Shown here: piece after piece, positions 35,596 through 49,000 of the stretch
How the letters are laid out: the number at the start of each line of letters is the position of its first letter
Position numbering within the stretch: position 1 is the stretch's first letter
The notes under the pieces: model-generated
Told to the model about the DNA's origin: nothing
The model's database searches: none
The model's input: only the letters and a program-made list of their open reading frames with translations
From: Yuukianura sp. NJ FZ-2021
Lineage: Eukaryota
Direction of reading: 5' to 3'
NCBI GenBank assembly: GCA_046563655.1
Contig: CM102285.1
Span: 12,834,001-12,898,000, forward strand
Length of the DNA: 64,000 bases
Position numbers and translations under genes: made by a program

Positions 35596-37064
35596 ATGGA
35601 CAAGATGAACTCTCAACCAAATGTTGCCCTTGGACGCGGACCAACATGGAACTGTGACATGTGTCGGTAGGTTCGCTTTCCTTCTCGCGTTCAAAATCCA
35701 AAATTTTCATTCTACGAAACTAATTACTAAACTGTTTTTTAGGCTATTGAAAAGTGGTGCCTTTCTTCCCGGGCCGGCAATGCCCCTGGAACATCGCATT
35801 CAAAATGTTTGTCCTGTTTGTCAGGTAAGGTTTTGGGGTCATTGACCTTTTGATGTTCTTAAAAAAATTTGTACTAACTTTGTTTTTGTCGTTTTTTTTT
35901 TTGCAGCGAGGTAACCAACGGAAAGTTCTATTCTACTTATTACTGAACATACAAATATTTTGAATAACTAAAATTTTAACAACGAATGAAACAATTTTTT
36001 TAGACTGGTCACGTTACCAGGGTCCTACGCCGCAAACTCCACTTCAAACCACCATTGCAGTTGAAAATTCGGCTCCAACGGAACAAGCAGGGTTCAATAA
36101 ACGGCAGATTCCAGCAGTGGAACAACGTGGCACAGGTACCAGCGGAGTTTCAGCAGTACCACGCACTGGGCCCACCCCTGCTCCAGCAACATCGCTGTTC
36201 CAACGTGAGTGATTTTGTTTTCATGTTTTGTCCTAGTCATCAACTCTACACAATTTGTTTAACTGACGCACTCTCTAATAGTTAATGTTCGGAAAAATGC
36301 AAAACAAGTAGCGAATCTTAAGCGTTTGACATGCGATTGTTCACAAAAAGCAAAACGGAGATCAAATACTGAACTTTCCCCAATTTCTAATTGGACTTTC
36401 ACTTCAGCTACTAAGCTAAAGATGGTAGAGTTAGTGCTTTCGTCGTCACTGTAATCCCAAAAAAAAAACATTTTCGAAATTCAAACTTTTTCAAAATTAG
36501 TCCCTTATACTGCGTATTTGAGACTCGACGTCGGATTTCCAAAGTTAGTACTTTTCAAATCATGAAAACGATTGCTCAATCACGGCAAATCAGCCGGCCG
36601 CATCAAAAGATTTTGCGTCGAGAACTGCGTCAAAGAATTTGACACTAGTGAGAAATCGAACAAGTTTTGGAAAGTCTGGATTCCAGTTTTCAACACTTAA
36701 ATTTCACACTTATTCCAAGGTACTCTCCTTTAATTTCAATATCTTCAGAAGTAGCATACCTAAGCAAGTTTCAATTCATTCAAAAGTAAATGTTAGAACA
36801 GAAAGCGTTAAATTTTGAAATTCAGAGTGCGTCAGTTCAAAAAATTGCAATGGATTGTGCATGTACTAATATAAACTGTTATTCTGCTTTCTTGTAGAAT
36901 TTCCGATAGAAGACTTTGGACAACCGGTTGCAGTACTGGAAGCGGCCAGAATCTACATTTACGATCCTCGGTTCATCGCCCAATTCTTTCCGATGCAAAA
37001 CCAAATGTCCAATGGAGGTCCGCCTCCGCCACCCAGTACGGGCGAACAACGTCCACCGGCTTAA
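35596..37064 (+). CDS. Small putative zinc-binding (CxxC..CxxC) protein with Pro/Thr-rich tail; model needs a 4-nt microexon
   Basis: Exons 35596-35666, 35743-35824, 35907-35910, 36004-36204, 36898-37064 give MDKMNSQPNVALGRGPTWNCDMCRLLK...VCPVCQRDWSRYQGPTPQ...QFPIEDFGQ...GPPPPPSTGEQRPPA*. All junctions are GT-AG with polypyrimidine tracts. Confidence 0.55.
36290..36650 (-). repeat. Inverted diverged copy of 53400-53750 (eya intron 1/exon 2 boundary region)
   Basis: Reverse complement AGTTCTCGACGCAAAATCTTTTGATGCGGCCGGCTGATTTGCCGTGATTGAGCAAT matches 53413 onward. The conceptual translations [28 protein letters not shown] and [28 protein letters not shown] are near-identical. Confidence 0.85.
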
Positions 37065-40009
37065 AGCCAACGTTCAGAACAAGAAGAAGCCAAAAGCAAC
37101 AACATCAACTCCGCAAATCATCAAACGACAATCAAAACGTAATTTTGTTTGAGAAAATTTCTTGTAATGTCAAAAATGTTTGAGAAGAAAGAAGGACGCT
37201 AGTAAGAATTCTGTGAAAATGACGAACACATTGTACAGAAATACAATTTTAAGCATTCGAGCTGTTATGCTCCCGTCTTTCTAAAAACAAGTATTGTGTT
37301 CAGTTTTATTTCAAAAGTTGTTAGAAGTGAAAGAAGGAAGCGCGAGGAGCAGAAAAAATGCGAACAACTAAAATTGTTTCCCAGCGGAACAAGACCGAAC
37401 TTCGGTATAAGGCTTGGATGTTTGTCTCTGGAAATTAAATCATGTAATTCGATCATCCGAAGCTTTTTGGGGGAAGAGAAGTCCATTGTCACTTGAATTC
37501 CTTCTTATCCTCACCTTATTCCATCAAGTCCTGGAGGATTGGGAGTTGTCTAAGGGCTCCTAGGAGGGGACTTATAGAACATGAAAGCGTTTTTACTCAA
37601 TTTACTCAATCCTCAAAGTACATAAGCGTCTTTTTCCCATTCATCCCACGCCTTTTTCAAATAAAACTTCCTTTCTCCATTGTCGAAGTTCCGTCGGAGA
37701 GAACAGAATAGAAGTTTCTGCACAAAGAACTTTGAAGAGATGAGGATCGATAGGCAAGACGTCCTTCCAAGACGGCTGCCTCTACGAGCAGACATTCTAA
37801 AGAAAAACCTTGGAAAGAAGATCAAAAGCCTAACAAAGTCTAATGAGATCTTTAGAACTAGAGCCTAACGTCCCATAGGCTTTAGAAGTTCCCTGAACGC
37901 TAAGCAAATTCTAGTTGCATTCTTAGAAAAATCACAAAAATCGAATTCTAATTTGGAAAGCGGAATTGGTTTTTAGCACCTTTTTAGAAATGAAAATGAA
38001 GCCAAATTTTCCGGAGTTTCGAAAATTTCAAATGCTTCCGTTATGGATGCATCCTCATTAAATAATTGTTCCAGTTCTGTGAATCTGGAGAAACGATGTG
38101 TGCACTGTGTCATTACATGGCTTCGGACTGATTAAGTTTCTCCTTTTTTAAAAAAAAGCTCACCGTGTTCTACTTTTTTAGAAAAGTTGTTTGAAGGTTC
38201 AAAGGGGGGTGAGAAAATAAGGGTATTTGGGTTTTGACGAGTCAAACAAGCTTAAGGGAGAAAGAAGAAGCTTCAAAAACGCTGTTTCGCTTCAAAAAAT
38301 TTGAAAATGAAGCCAACCGATTCCTAATTCTGTTTGACATGGCTCCAAAATTCTAAACAAAATAACACAGCTAGACTTTTATTACTCTCGTTCTTCTTTA
38401 TACATCTCCAACTTCAGTTTTAAAAGTTCGAAAAACGAAAAATCAAATTGGGCAGAGGCAGAAATTTTCAAAAATTGACTTTCCGAAATTCGTCAATTCT
38501 ACAATCGAACAACTTTGGCGCCATTAATATTATTCACGACTCAAGAAATTCGTTCGCGATTTCACCCAGATCCACTTTCTCCTTCAGAAAATTGAAACTT
38601 CGCGATTTTTGTTCTACAAAACCAGAATTTTTTGCTTTTCCCGACATTTTTTCGAACAATTTATGGATTTAGGCATGCGCTTCTTGTATTAAAAAGCTAA
38701 ATTGATTATATTGTAGTATTCAGATGTGCATGAGATTGAAGAAAGTGTTGAATTTCGGGGATGCTGCCAGTAGTAAAGTATTGGATGCTTCTGAAATGCA
38801 TCTTCTAAAGTTCCGTAACCCGACCATTTGGACTCAAATGTCCTTTATGACAAGGACCTTTACCGTGTGTGGCACGCTACAACTAGTCATCTTCAATGTC
38901 ACATTCAAACAGGACTCGTGAGCAGTGCTTCAACTTTACTAACTGGAAAGCTATAGCAAAAGGCGGAAGCGGTAGAATTCAATACTAGAAATTATCTGAT
39001 ACAGAAGAAGAGCACTTGTTAGGTTAGGTTGTTGTTGCAGTAATTCTAGAATCACGGATTTCTGTTACACTTGATCTTATGTAATGGATTCCTTAGTCTC
39101 CCGCTTTATAGGCCAAATCTCTCAAATTCAAAGTCAAAATTTGAACTTTCTCTTTCTTCCAATTTCCAATTTGCAAAACTTTGAAGCATTTCAAAACATT
39201 TTGCTATGTGCTTTCCGTTTGAGCTTGAATTTTAAAAAAAGAAAAAAACAAGAGCAGAAAATTGTTTCTATCGACGTACCTAACTTTCATGTGTGACGAA
39301 AGTAGGCGGAATTTTTAATTTTTTGACAAGAGTTGTGGTGTGTTTAATTTGAAATTTTTGACATTTGACGGGTGAAGTCCTTGCTTAGTTTAATTTCAAA
39401 TGTGAGCAGCAGGAATGATGCATTGTTTCGAAATTAGATCGGGGGGTTGGTTTGGAACATTTCGTTTTTGGTAACCTGAGCTTTTACCTGAACACAAGGA
39501 ATGGAAGGAAAACGTAGGAAAGTTTTTCTGGGCTGCAGCCAACTGTAACGTAGGTTTTGTGTCTGTGCTAGATTGGAATGAACAGGAGAGACGCAGAAGA
39601 AGGGAAAAGTTCATAGTAGAAGATTCAGACACAGATCATCTACGGATCAGCACAACAATTCTAGGAAAGCAACTACCCTCAGCTACTCGTCACACATCAT
39701 CACAAAGCACCCACAGTCCACCACTCTACCTTCACCAACCAACATTCGTCACCCTCAAGTTATTCGATTTTTGAAATAATTAACATTTCCAATTAATTGT
39801 TTCCAAAAACGACAAAAATCAAGGTGAACTTTCTCTCCACTTTCTCCAAATCGTCAATCTTCCGAATCCTCCATTCTGCAGTGTTTTCAAATTCTGGATT
39901 TTAGAAACTGGTGAAAGCAAACTTTGGTTAAATTTTTCGAACTTGAGCTTGTAAAAAAACCATTTTTGAAAATCACAAGAATTCTGAAATTTTCGTTTAC
40001 AATCTAAAG

Positions 40010-43000
40010 ATGCTCTACCATGTTTCATACACACAACCTCATCTACACCACCACCAGCAGGTAAGAAAAAACTTCAGAATTATTAAAGTTTTCAGCATTT
40101 CAGTTGTTCGAAATTTCGAATTTTCAAAAAAATCGCTTTTAATTAGGTTTATGATTTGGTTAGGGTAGTGTTTGTAATTCAAGGTTTATTCCAGCTCATG
40201 CACCACGCCCACTTCCCTCCTCCTCCTCCTCTGCCTTTGATTTCGTAATTTATAAATCTGCCTTTCTCCGTGTCAAGTTTTACAGATTTATGATTCTCGT
40301 TCATTTGTAGTTTCAAAAGCGCGTCAAGAGATGAAAATCTTGAAATGAATAATGAGCAATCATGTCCCAGTAATAACTGGAAATCAAAATTCTAAAGTAG
40401 TGTGTCCATGACTAATAATAGGCAACATCATCCTCCTCGAGCACCCCTCCGCATAAATTTTAATCAGACACCAAATTCCTTGCTATTGTTTCACGCAATT
40501 CTGGACCTACATTTAAAAAAACCAACACTCAAATCCTTGATTTTTAGAGCATAAGAACATATGAAGTGGAGGGGGTGTTATTTTTAAAAATCTGTGGATG
40601 AGCTGTGATTAAGTCATCATAAGCCACCAAAATTCGGGTAGTTTAAAAAAAGTTGAAAAGCGTGCTTCCAGCTGCTGCTGGGTCCATAAAACTAAATTAG
40701 AATTTATTTGATCCTGTTCATCCCTCTCCCAGTTGTCGAATTGGAGATGATCTTTCCAAATTGTCATTCATTTGGGAAGATGAACATGTTTGGAGAACTA
40801 TTATTCTTGTTGAGTCCCTCTTACTTTTGATTCTGTTTATTTGTTCATCTTTGAGACGGAAAATTTTAAGTGTTTCGGTCCAAAGTAAACTTTGAAAGAG
40901 ATTTTCATTCACCCAAACCATCATCATGTCAATCCCGAAACATCCTTGGAACCTACGTCTTCTGTCCGTCTGGATCCATCCTCCTTCATCCGCTCCGCTG
41001 CTTTCTTTCTTGTCATTTTCTTTCAAACGTCAAAATTTACCTTAAAATTTCGTAATAAGAAAATTTCGCAACGATATATTTTCACAATGGTAGATGTCGG
41101 AATCCGAACCGGAGAGCGATTGATTATTATGCAACAGGATTTGAAAATTTTGAAATTGAATTTCTCTGATTTTTAGAGCTGCTTACTTTGTATGTGGGTA
41201 GAAGTAGTCATACATTTTCTAGAGAAAATCATTTGAACAATTTCGAAATAGATGTTTTTCGACTAGAATCAAAACAATTATTTTGAGAATAATGATCTCT
41301 TAGTACAGAAAACGTGAGCCCAAGAATAACCACTTCCGTTTCAAAACAGCAAATATCATTAGAAAGCACAGAAAAGAAAGAAAAAAGTGAAAGTAAGTAC
41401 ATTTTCCAGGAAGAAAACTATTTTGCGAAACAAAACGAAATTGCTCCAAAGTCCAATTTTCTTTGGTCTCTCAGTGGATCGAGTGCCGCGTATTTATTAA
41501 TAATTTGGATGATTATTTACAATTCTTGCAAGTAATTTGATTTTTTTGGGCTAAAATTGTAAGCAGTAAAAGTTCCAAAAAGAAAATCTTTTTTTAGATT
41601 AAATGCCAACCAAAACTAAATCGGAAAATCCCATCGTTAAAAATCACGCCTCAGCTAGAACTTTTGTCAGCCGGCGTCGGAATGACTTCATTTTTTTCAA
41701 AATCTTTTTTTTTTTCAAAATTTTGACGAAATTAGGACAGACAAAAATTAAACATGAATTTCTCCTTCCTGCTGCGCGCTTGTCCGTTTCAAACTTTTTC
41801 TGGATGTTCTAGAACGTTTTTGAGAGACAGTACAGAGGGGGAAAATGACAGACAAGCAGGATTCAACACACCTGGAAACTCCGAAAATCTTTGAATTACA
41901 GAATTCACAGGAACACAAACCCGAATTTGAATTCTTTTCATTTAAAAAGGGCCTGAGAGAGTTCAAACTCTTTTTAAAACAGTATTTAAAAAATCAAAAC
42001 CAGAAAAGATTTAAAACAAAATGAACTCTGAACTTTTCTTCCTCAGTTTCCGTCAAAGATTGTCTTACTATAAAAATTCTTTCGGTTCATCACTGACAGT
42101 TCCCCGTTTCTTATTTTTTGAAAAAGTGCAATCTCTTGATTTTTTTGAAATTCCTAAAGAGCAGTTCTAGAAGAATTGAGAAAATGAAAAGGAAATTGAT
42201 GAAGGCGGATTCAGTTTCAGTAGTTTTTCAGTTTCAGTCGTTTTTGTGTATCCATAAATCTGGATGTTTAAGAATGTTGTGAGAGTTATCATCAGGGTTG
42301 TGCTTGACTGAAAAACGGAAATGTTTTATGAAGTGTTTTTTAGCTCTTTTGAACACTTACTGCTCATTATGTGCTTAAAAGTATAAGTAATGGTTGGGGG
42401 TGAAAGTCAATGAAGACGAAGAAGCTGTTTTAGAAAATGGTTTGTTCTAAACAGAGGGGAAGACAGCATTCCATTCCACAAATGTTGACGATGGATTCAT
42501 CAATCCTAAATTCAAAAGTTTAAAAAAATGTACAATTTGAGATTGAGACATCAATTTTTCTTGTTTGACTTTGCAAAAGGAAGCCACGACTTTTCTGTTT
42601 AGAATTGAAATCGTCCTTTTGATTTCAAAATCAAACCACAAAGATCTTCTTTTGCAATCAGAAATTTTTGAAAAGCAAGGGTTAAGGGCCCACGACACTT
42701 TCGGTTTAGTAAGTTGAAGGGCCACCTGGAAGGGGGTCCTTATTGTACATCTAGAAACTACAAGTATCCAATTTCACTTGTGTAATTTTTGGCAATTGAT
42801 GTTCTCTAGAGAGGTCAAATGATTTCCAATAACTTTCGATTGAATGAATCTGATTCCCTTGGAGGATCCAAGTTCATCTTCCTATTGTTATTTTCTATTC
42901 AATTCCAAAAGGACAAATCCAGTTCCACTTTCCCAAAAATAAATCATCCCTTCTCTATCCTATTTTATTGAAAAAGTTCCAACTTTCGGATCTAAATTTA

Positions 43001-46000
43001 TTGTCTTCTCAAAACCGAAAAAGAGAGGAAAGGGTTGAGAAAAAGTGAAGAAGCTCCTTAATCAAAATCCGAAAAAGGATTTCAAAAAGATAATCGAAAA
43101 ATCTTCTTTTCAATTTTTCAGTCCTTTTGAATCTTCTTTTTGAATCTTTCCAAAATTTAACCCATTCCCACGCTCATGTCAAAAGGATTCTTCAATTTTT
43201 CTGGAAAAACCCGAAAAACCTCAAAAAGATCATCCAACTATCCAACAATTCTTTTTGAGGAAGAATTTTGAAAAGTGTATCAAAAATTTTGAACCCAATT
43301 TTGTTTTTAATTTACATTGTTGCAGCTTCTCTGCTTCCGCAATAGTTAGAAGCTAAATACAGGAGCTTATGCCGGTTTTTGTTGACGTTTGGCCAGTACA
43401 TTCATAGCTTCGTAGTGTAGAATATACGTTTCAGCGGAATTCTCGCCTACAATTTTTGGGTGATAAGTTTTTGTTTCTGTCTCTCTGAAGTAATTACGAT
43501 ACATCGTGTGTAACTCTTCGCATTTATTTTCCGGTAGAAGTTTTGCCAATGGATTAAGTGAAAATGCAAAATCTGTAAATTAGTTACAAGCAATTTGCGT
43601 TAACTTGTTTAACAAAGTATGTTTTCCAGTAACTACACTTTATATTTCAAATGCCAACCTACCTGACCATTGGTCCACGTCTTGGAATGCATGAGTGCGT
43701 TCCTCTTTGCTGAAACTTTGAATAGTAAATCCAGCATTCTTGAAAGCATTTTCAACAATCCGTTCTTCGTTTTCGTACGTTAGACCCCATTCCGGCAAAA
43801 CCAAATGCTCCTGTAACGCAGAAAATACAATAAAAATATGGCATAAAATTGTAGGCGAAATTTTAATGTATTTCAAATAAAATTAAGTATTAAATATGAA
43901 GTTAGTAAATTTTTGCTTACTTTCGCTATTGCGCCCCAGCGTTCATGAGACTGAAGTTTCTTAAACAAACCAAAAACTGGAGTATGGACCACAAAAAGCA
44001 TGAATATTTCTCCATCATCCGGAAGTAGGTCATGTAATGCCTTCAACTCATTTCTGGAATTTGAAATTGCTTATTAAATTGTTAGCTTATTAAAAGTTAG
44101 GTTTTTCGAAATTATTTTATACTTGTAGTCATCCACCAGATGAAGCGTGTAAAGTGACAAGATGATGTCAAACTTGAGACCACGAACTGGGGATTCAGTA
44201 GAAGTGATCTCTCCGGAAACATATTTGATTCGGTCATGTGGGTATTTCTCGCGTGCAAATTCGGTCATAGAAGAAGAATTGTCGAGCGCAACAATCTTAG
44301 AGTTCCATTTCTCGGCCAATGGAAGTATGAAATCAAATGCAGTCGAACCACAACCACAACCATGATCCAAAATCAAACTGTTTTCTTTCCAGGTTAATTT
44401 CTTTTCCAACATTGGGAAAACTTCAGGGTAATGAGCTTCGCAAACTCCGCGTGTTGAGTTGTACAGTTCTGCACAACGTTTTTTATCCAGAATGCTCTGG
44501 AAAAAGGAATTTCTGATTAACAACTGGGGACGAAAGATGTATGAATTTTGTCCAATTGTTAAATTTTCAATCCCAAATTCTTTAACTTGACAAACTTCTA
44601 AACTTACCGCAACAGTATTCATGTTTTACTCCAGAACAGCAAAAATAGTTTTGATTCTATTGTTTTTCAGAGTAAATACAGTAAGTTCAGGTCCAAGGTT
44701 TCCAAATAATAATATAAAGACTAACAGCCAGGAACGGGTGACTTTGCAGGGACGTCTGAGAAGATTCAGCAAATTGTGGCAGAAATACACAAAGTCCCAA
44801 GGCCAAGCAATCTGATTTTTTCCTCACAGCTCGCCAATTGGTGTTATCCAGAATTCATAAACTTTTCTGTAATTATGCAATGTCCATAACCTAAGATAAT
44901 ATACCCCTACAGTACATCTAACAAGTTAAACAAGTTAAACATTGGGAAACACGAAGGTTTCTTTATTTAAATTCACATAGCCTGCGTAGATAATTACAAT
45001 TTGATAGCAAAATCAAAAGTTTAAACATCGAAAAAAAAATGTAATTAATAATTAGACACGAATTTTAAGTGCAAATCCGGTTATCTCAATTTCCCTTTCA
45101 ACGTTTTGTCGATGCATATCTTCAAAAATTCAACAAATTGTGAGTTTTTTTTTGTAGTTTTAATAGCTAGTGGTCACTGCATGATTCGTTTTTGTCCTTG
45201 CAAAATACTAACCGCACCATATTCCAAATCAGCCAACCCAATATCGCGAAAACTCCGAAAATCCGCGAATCCAAGAGAACTCGGGAATAAAAAAAATCAT
45301 TAGGGAAAGCGTCAAATCCTCTCCGGGGAATGCCAACACATCAAGCGGAGTTCGTTTTTTTTTTCGAAAAAGACAAAAACGCCGAAATTTTGTTGTTTCA
45401 GAATTGTATAAGGTTGCGGGTACTTGTTTAGGTGGATTAGCGGCGGGAGCGCAGAAGTGGTTGCGTGGTCCGCCCAGTTGGATCGTAGCGTAGGCGATCG
45501 ATGAAAGCAGGCTGCTGAGAGATGAAGTCTGGACGGGAATAAATGGGCGTTAGTGTGAAAAGTGTATTCTGATGGGATGATGATGGTTACGCTAGGGTTA
45601 CCCCTACTCTGAATGGGATATGATGATGATGATGGTTACTCTAGGGTTACCCGAAGAGGCAGATCATTAATCCTGGTCCTTAGGCCTCTGAGATGGTGGT
45701 CGTAAATTTCATGGCACCTTCCTCTCCCGTTCCTTTTGGAATTGTCAACTACTACCAAAAAGAACAGTTTTAACATTCCAGGGACATGTAACAGGAAGAT
45801 CAAGAATCTTGAGGAACGTATAGCAAAGTTCCAACATTTTAGTTGAAGCTTAACGTATGATCATCCACCCCAAGTCATAATGGTGACAGTTCCTGCACGG
45901 ACGGAGTCACTGGAAACCAGTCCATTAGCATCTCATATTAATTATTGTCCACCCGGGACTTTGGTCACCACCACAATCTACCCTACGCATCTCCCTTCCA

Positions 46001-49000
46001 TTTTTTAAATAATCCAAGCTTCATCTCCATGCACTGAGCCATGTCCAAGATACGCTACAAAAAAATTACCCCAAAAACTTGGCCACCCACCCCCTTCATC
46101 ATTCACTTAATTCGAAAGTTTGCATCTGGCCACTTTTGGACAATTGAATTCAATCAAAAAACTTCCAAAAATGGCTAAAAATTCTCCGTAACTGCAAAAT
46201 TCAAATGAAAAGTTTCAAAATTTCAAAAACCGATTGGATTATGATCTCAAGTTTTCGTTTAATTTAATTTTTTATGCTCTAAAAAGTTTTTGAAAATCCT
46301 GTTTTATGAAATTTTTCTACTCTTGTTTGAAGATCTTCCGAAAAATCGAGTGTAAAGTTGTATCAACACGAACTTTAAGTTTAAACTACAAGAAAGGTGT
46401 GAAATGGAGTCATAACAATTGTAATTGTTAGACTTTTAAGGGCTAGCGGACCCTTCAAAGTCTCTCTTTGAAGCTTTTGTTGAAACGTAAGGTCCTGGAG
46501 TGTTGTCCGCTAACATCAAGGGCCCCCTCCCCCATTGTTATTCTGCCTAATGATTGTTATGATTTCAAAGGAGTGGAGACTCCTGTCACCGTAAATCTAA
46601 GTACATTCAAACCAGCGGGAGGTCACGCCAGCATTCAAGCCTTCTTCCAATTGTCACCATTACCAAATATTCTAGACGAAGAATTACGTTAGCGTTAGGC
46701 TGAAGTTGACAATTCATTTGTCACTTTCAGTATAAAAATTCCGGACATGGAGGTTTCAAATCTTTCCCAAATTCTGTTTTCTATTCTAAAAATTTTGAAA
46801 TCTGAAAATCTGAGGTGCACTTAAATCCTCTTCACACCTCCATAATCACACCCCTCTTGGACCATATTTATGTTCAGAGTGAACCTAGTTCAGATTCATA
46901 GTGATTAGGAAAATGAGTTCATAAATTGTGGACATTCGAGATTTGAACACAAGTTTTGGCTTGTGTACAAATAGTGACCATGACCCGTCACCTTCATACA
47001 GAACTTTGTATCCTCCCCTCCTTAACTTTTGACTAAATCTGAACCTATGTGAGACATTATTTTACCTCAAGTCAAGATTAATTCACTTGACCATCTTCCA
47101 TTTTAAGAGTAAGAAGAAGAGTCTCAACCTGATTTTCAAGTTTTCAGATTTTTATCATATTTTTCTAAAACAAACACACAAAGTCCTGATCTCCAAAGAG
47201 GACTTGTGTTTTGATGGTTTCAAAATGCGTCTCTTCCCTTGCTTGTTCAAAGTGAAGAACGAGTTTAGATGAGCATCATTACAAATTTGCTTGAGTCAGA
47301 TGCAGAGGGGAGAATCTTGTTTGAAAATTACTTTAGAGGAATATTTTTTTCTCAACAATCCAAGTGACAAATTTCTGTTAAACTTTGAAAAGAAAAACAA
47401 ACAGCACACCGAATCCTCAAAAGAGACCGAAACAACTTTTGCAATTTAATTCTCTCGCCACTTGTTCTCGCTTCATTCAAAATGCTAAACAGTTTTGTTA
47501 ATTTCCACAAGATTTTCATTCAAAACAAAACCACAAAAGACTATTTTTTGTGAGTTGCCTAATATTTTTGCCCTCCTGACAGTTTTTAGCGAAATTTTAT
47601 TAAACACTTCTGTCTTTTTGTAAGTTTTAGGACAAAGTGTTAGAATTTATTTCATAATTTTATCAAATTAGGCTCTTTTTTGTTCTAAGCCCAAGCCTAA
47701 TTGCATTAGGCGTTGAGTGGTTTGAGGATTATGCGGAATTTTTAGTGTTCTCGTCATCATAACCTCGTGGTTTGGCTTACGATAAGCCCAAATGGAGGTC
47801 ACATGTTAATCTAAAAAAGTCCAAAACCTTGAGTTGTGTTGGTATACTCATAGCATAACAAATTGGCAAATTCTTATAGTTATCACAACTTTTTGCAACA
47901 CTTAGTATGTGCAAAAATATTTTCCCACAGTTTGCAAATCCGTTCTTCCTTTCCTGTTCTAAATTCCACATTTCTATTTCAAAATAGTTTAGCACTTTTA
48001 TATTTTTTGAACTTTTGTGATAAACTGGAGGGCGTCAACTGAATAATTGATCCCCTTTGAATTTGTGCTAAAAGTTGGTGAGCTAAAAGAAACAAAAAAT
48101 GAAAAATTTCACAATTTTTGTTTTCAAGTTGAAAAGTTTTTGCAGAAAAGTGGATTTCTAGAAAAGTGGAAAGCGTAGCACCTGTGGACACTTTAAATAT
48201 TAAATGAATCGAGCTTCATCGATTAGCTTGTCAACTTTTCCAGGATTTTGACAGGTTCCAAATCACTTTATTTTGAAATCCACAGAAACAAACAGTTAGT
48301 TGACTAAAAACTGAAGTTGAAGAGCAAAGCTCCTCTGATAACAGGAGTAAATTGGACTTTAAGTGGAAATCGTCAGTTACTAACGATTCACAATTTAGCT
48401 GTGAGTCGTGCGATACACTGAGTCATCAACTTCGCGTCAAACTTTACTCCTTCCGTGTCCAAGTCCATGTGATAACTCCACAGATTGCTATTTACACGTC
48501 AGTTTCACATCCTTTATAACATATTTCATAAGAAGGACTGTGCCAAAAGAGTCCAAAAAGTTCTGGAGTGATCAAGTATCAACACCTTTTGTTTAATTCA
48601 ATTGACAATACAATACAATACAATGTTGTCTTTTCTGGGAAAACTGGTTGACCCAACAAATCAATACACTTCATACTCCCATTTAGTATTTTCACAGTGT
48701 CTCGTGTGGGTCATCACACTCGTCGTGGGAAATGTCACGACAATGGCATTTGCTTTTCAGGGATTGGTCGTTGGAGGCGTTTTTCTCAATGTCTTTGACC
48801 CATCTTCAATCACAGCGTCCTGGATACTAACTTTCTTCTGGATTTGGTCACTCGTGGAAGTTCTGTTTTACTTTTACTGTGTTCTGCTCAAGAAAAAGCT
48901 GGAGACGCCCATGACCTTGCCAAATTTGACCCTGGAACAGAAAATATATTTTCTGGAAAAAGTTCTAGAACAAGCTGAAAATCCATCGGCAGCGCTCATA

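Noticed and set aside
36259..36471. Small protein family suggested by similar ORFs 36259-36471 (-) and 53563-53787 (+)
   Set aside because: Homology extends beyond the ORFs at DNA level; it is a duplicated mostly intronic segment, and only 53719-53783 is coding (eya).
37265..37868. Cluster of short overlapping ORFs in slightly GC-richer sequence
   Set aside because: No consistent spliced model or recognisable domain; could be a decayed gene or transposon but is unsupported.
45583..45670. MVTL-starting mini-ORFs as the eya type II (MVTLMP) first exon
   Set aside because: They stop within a few codons and lack a convincing phase-0 donor.
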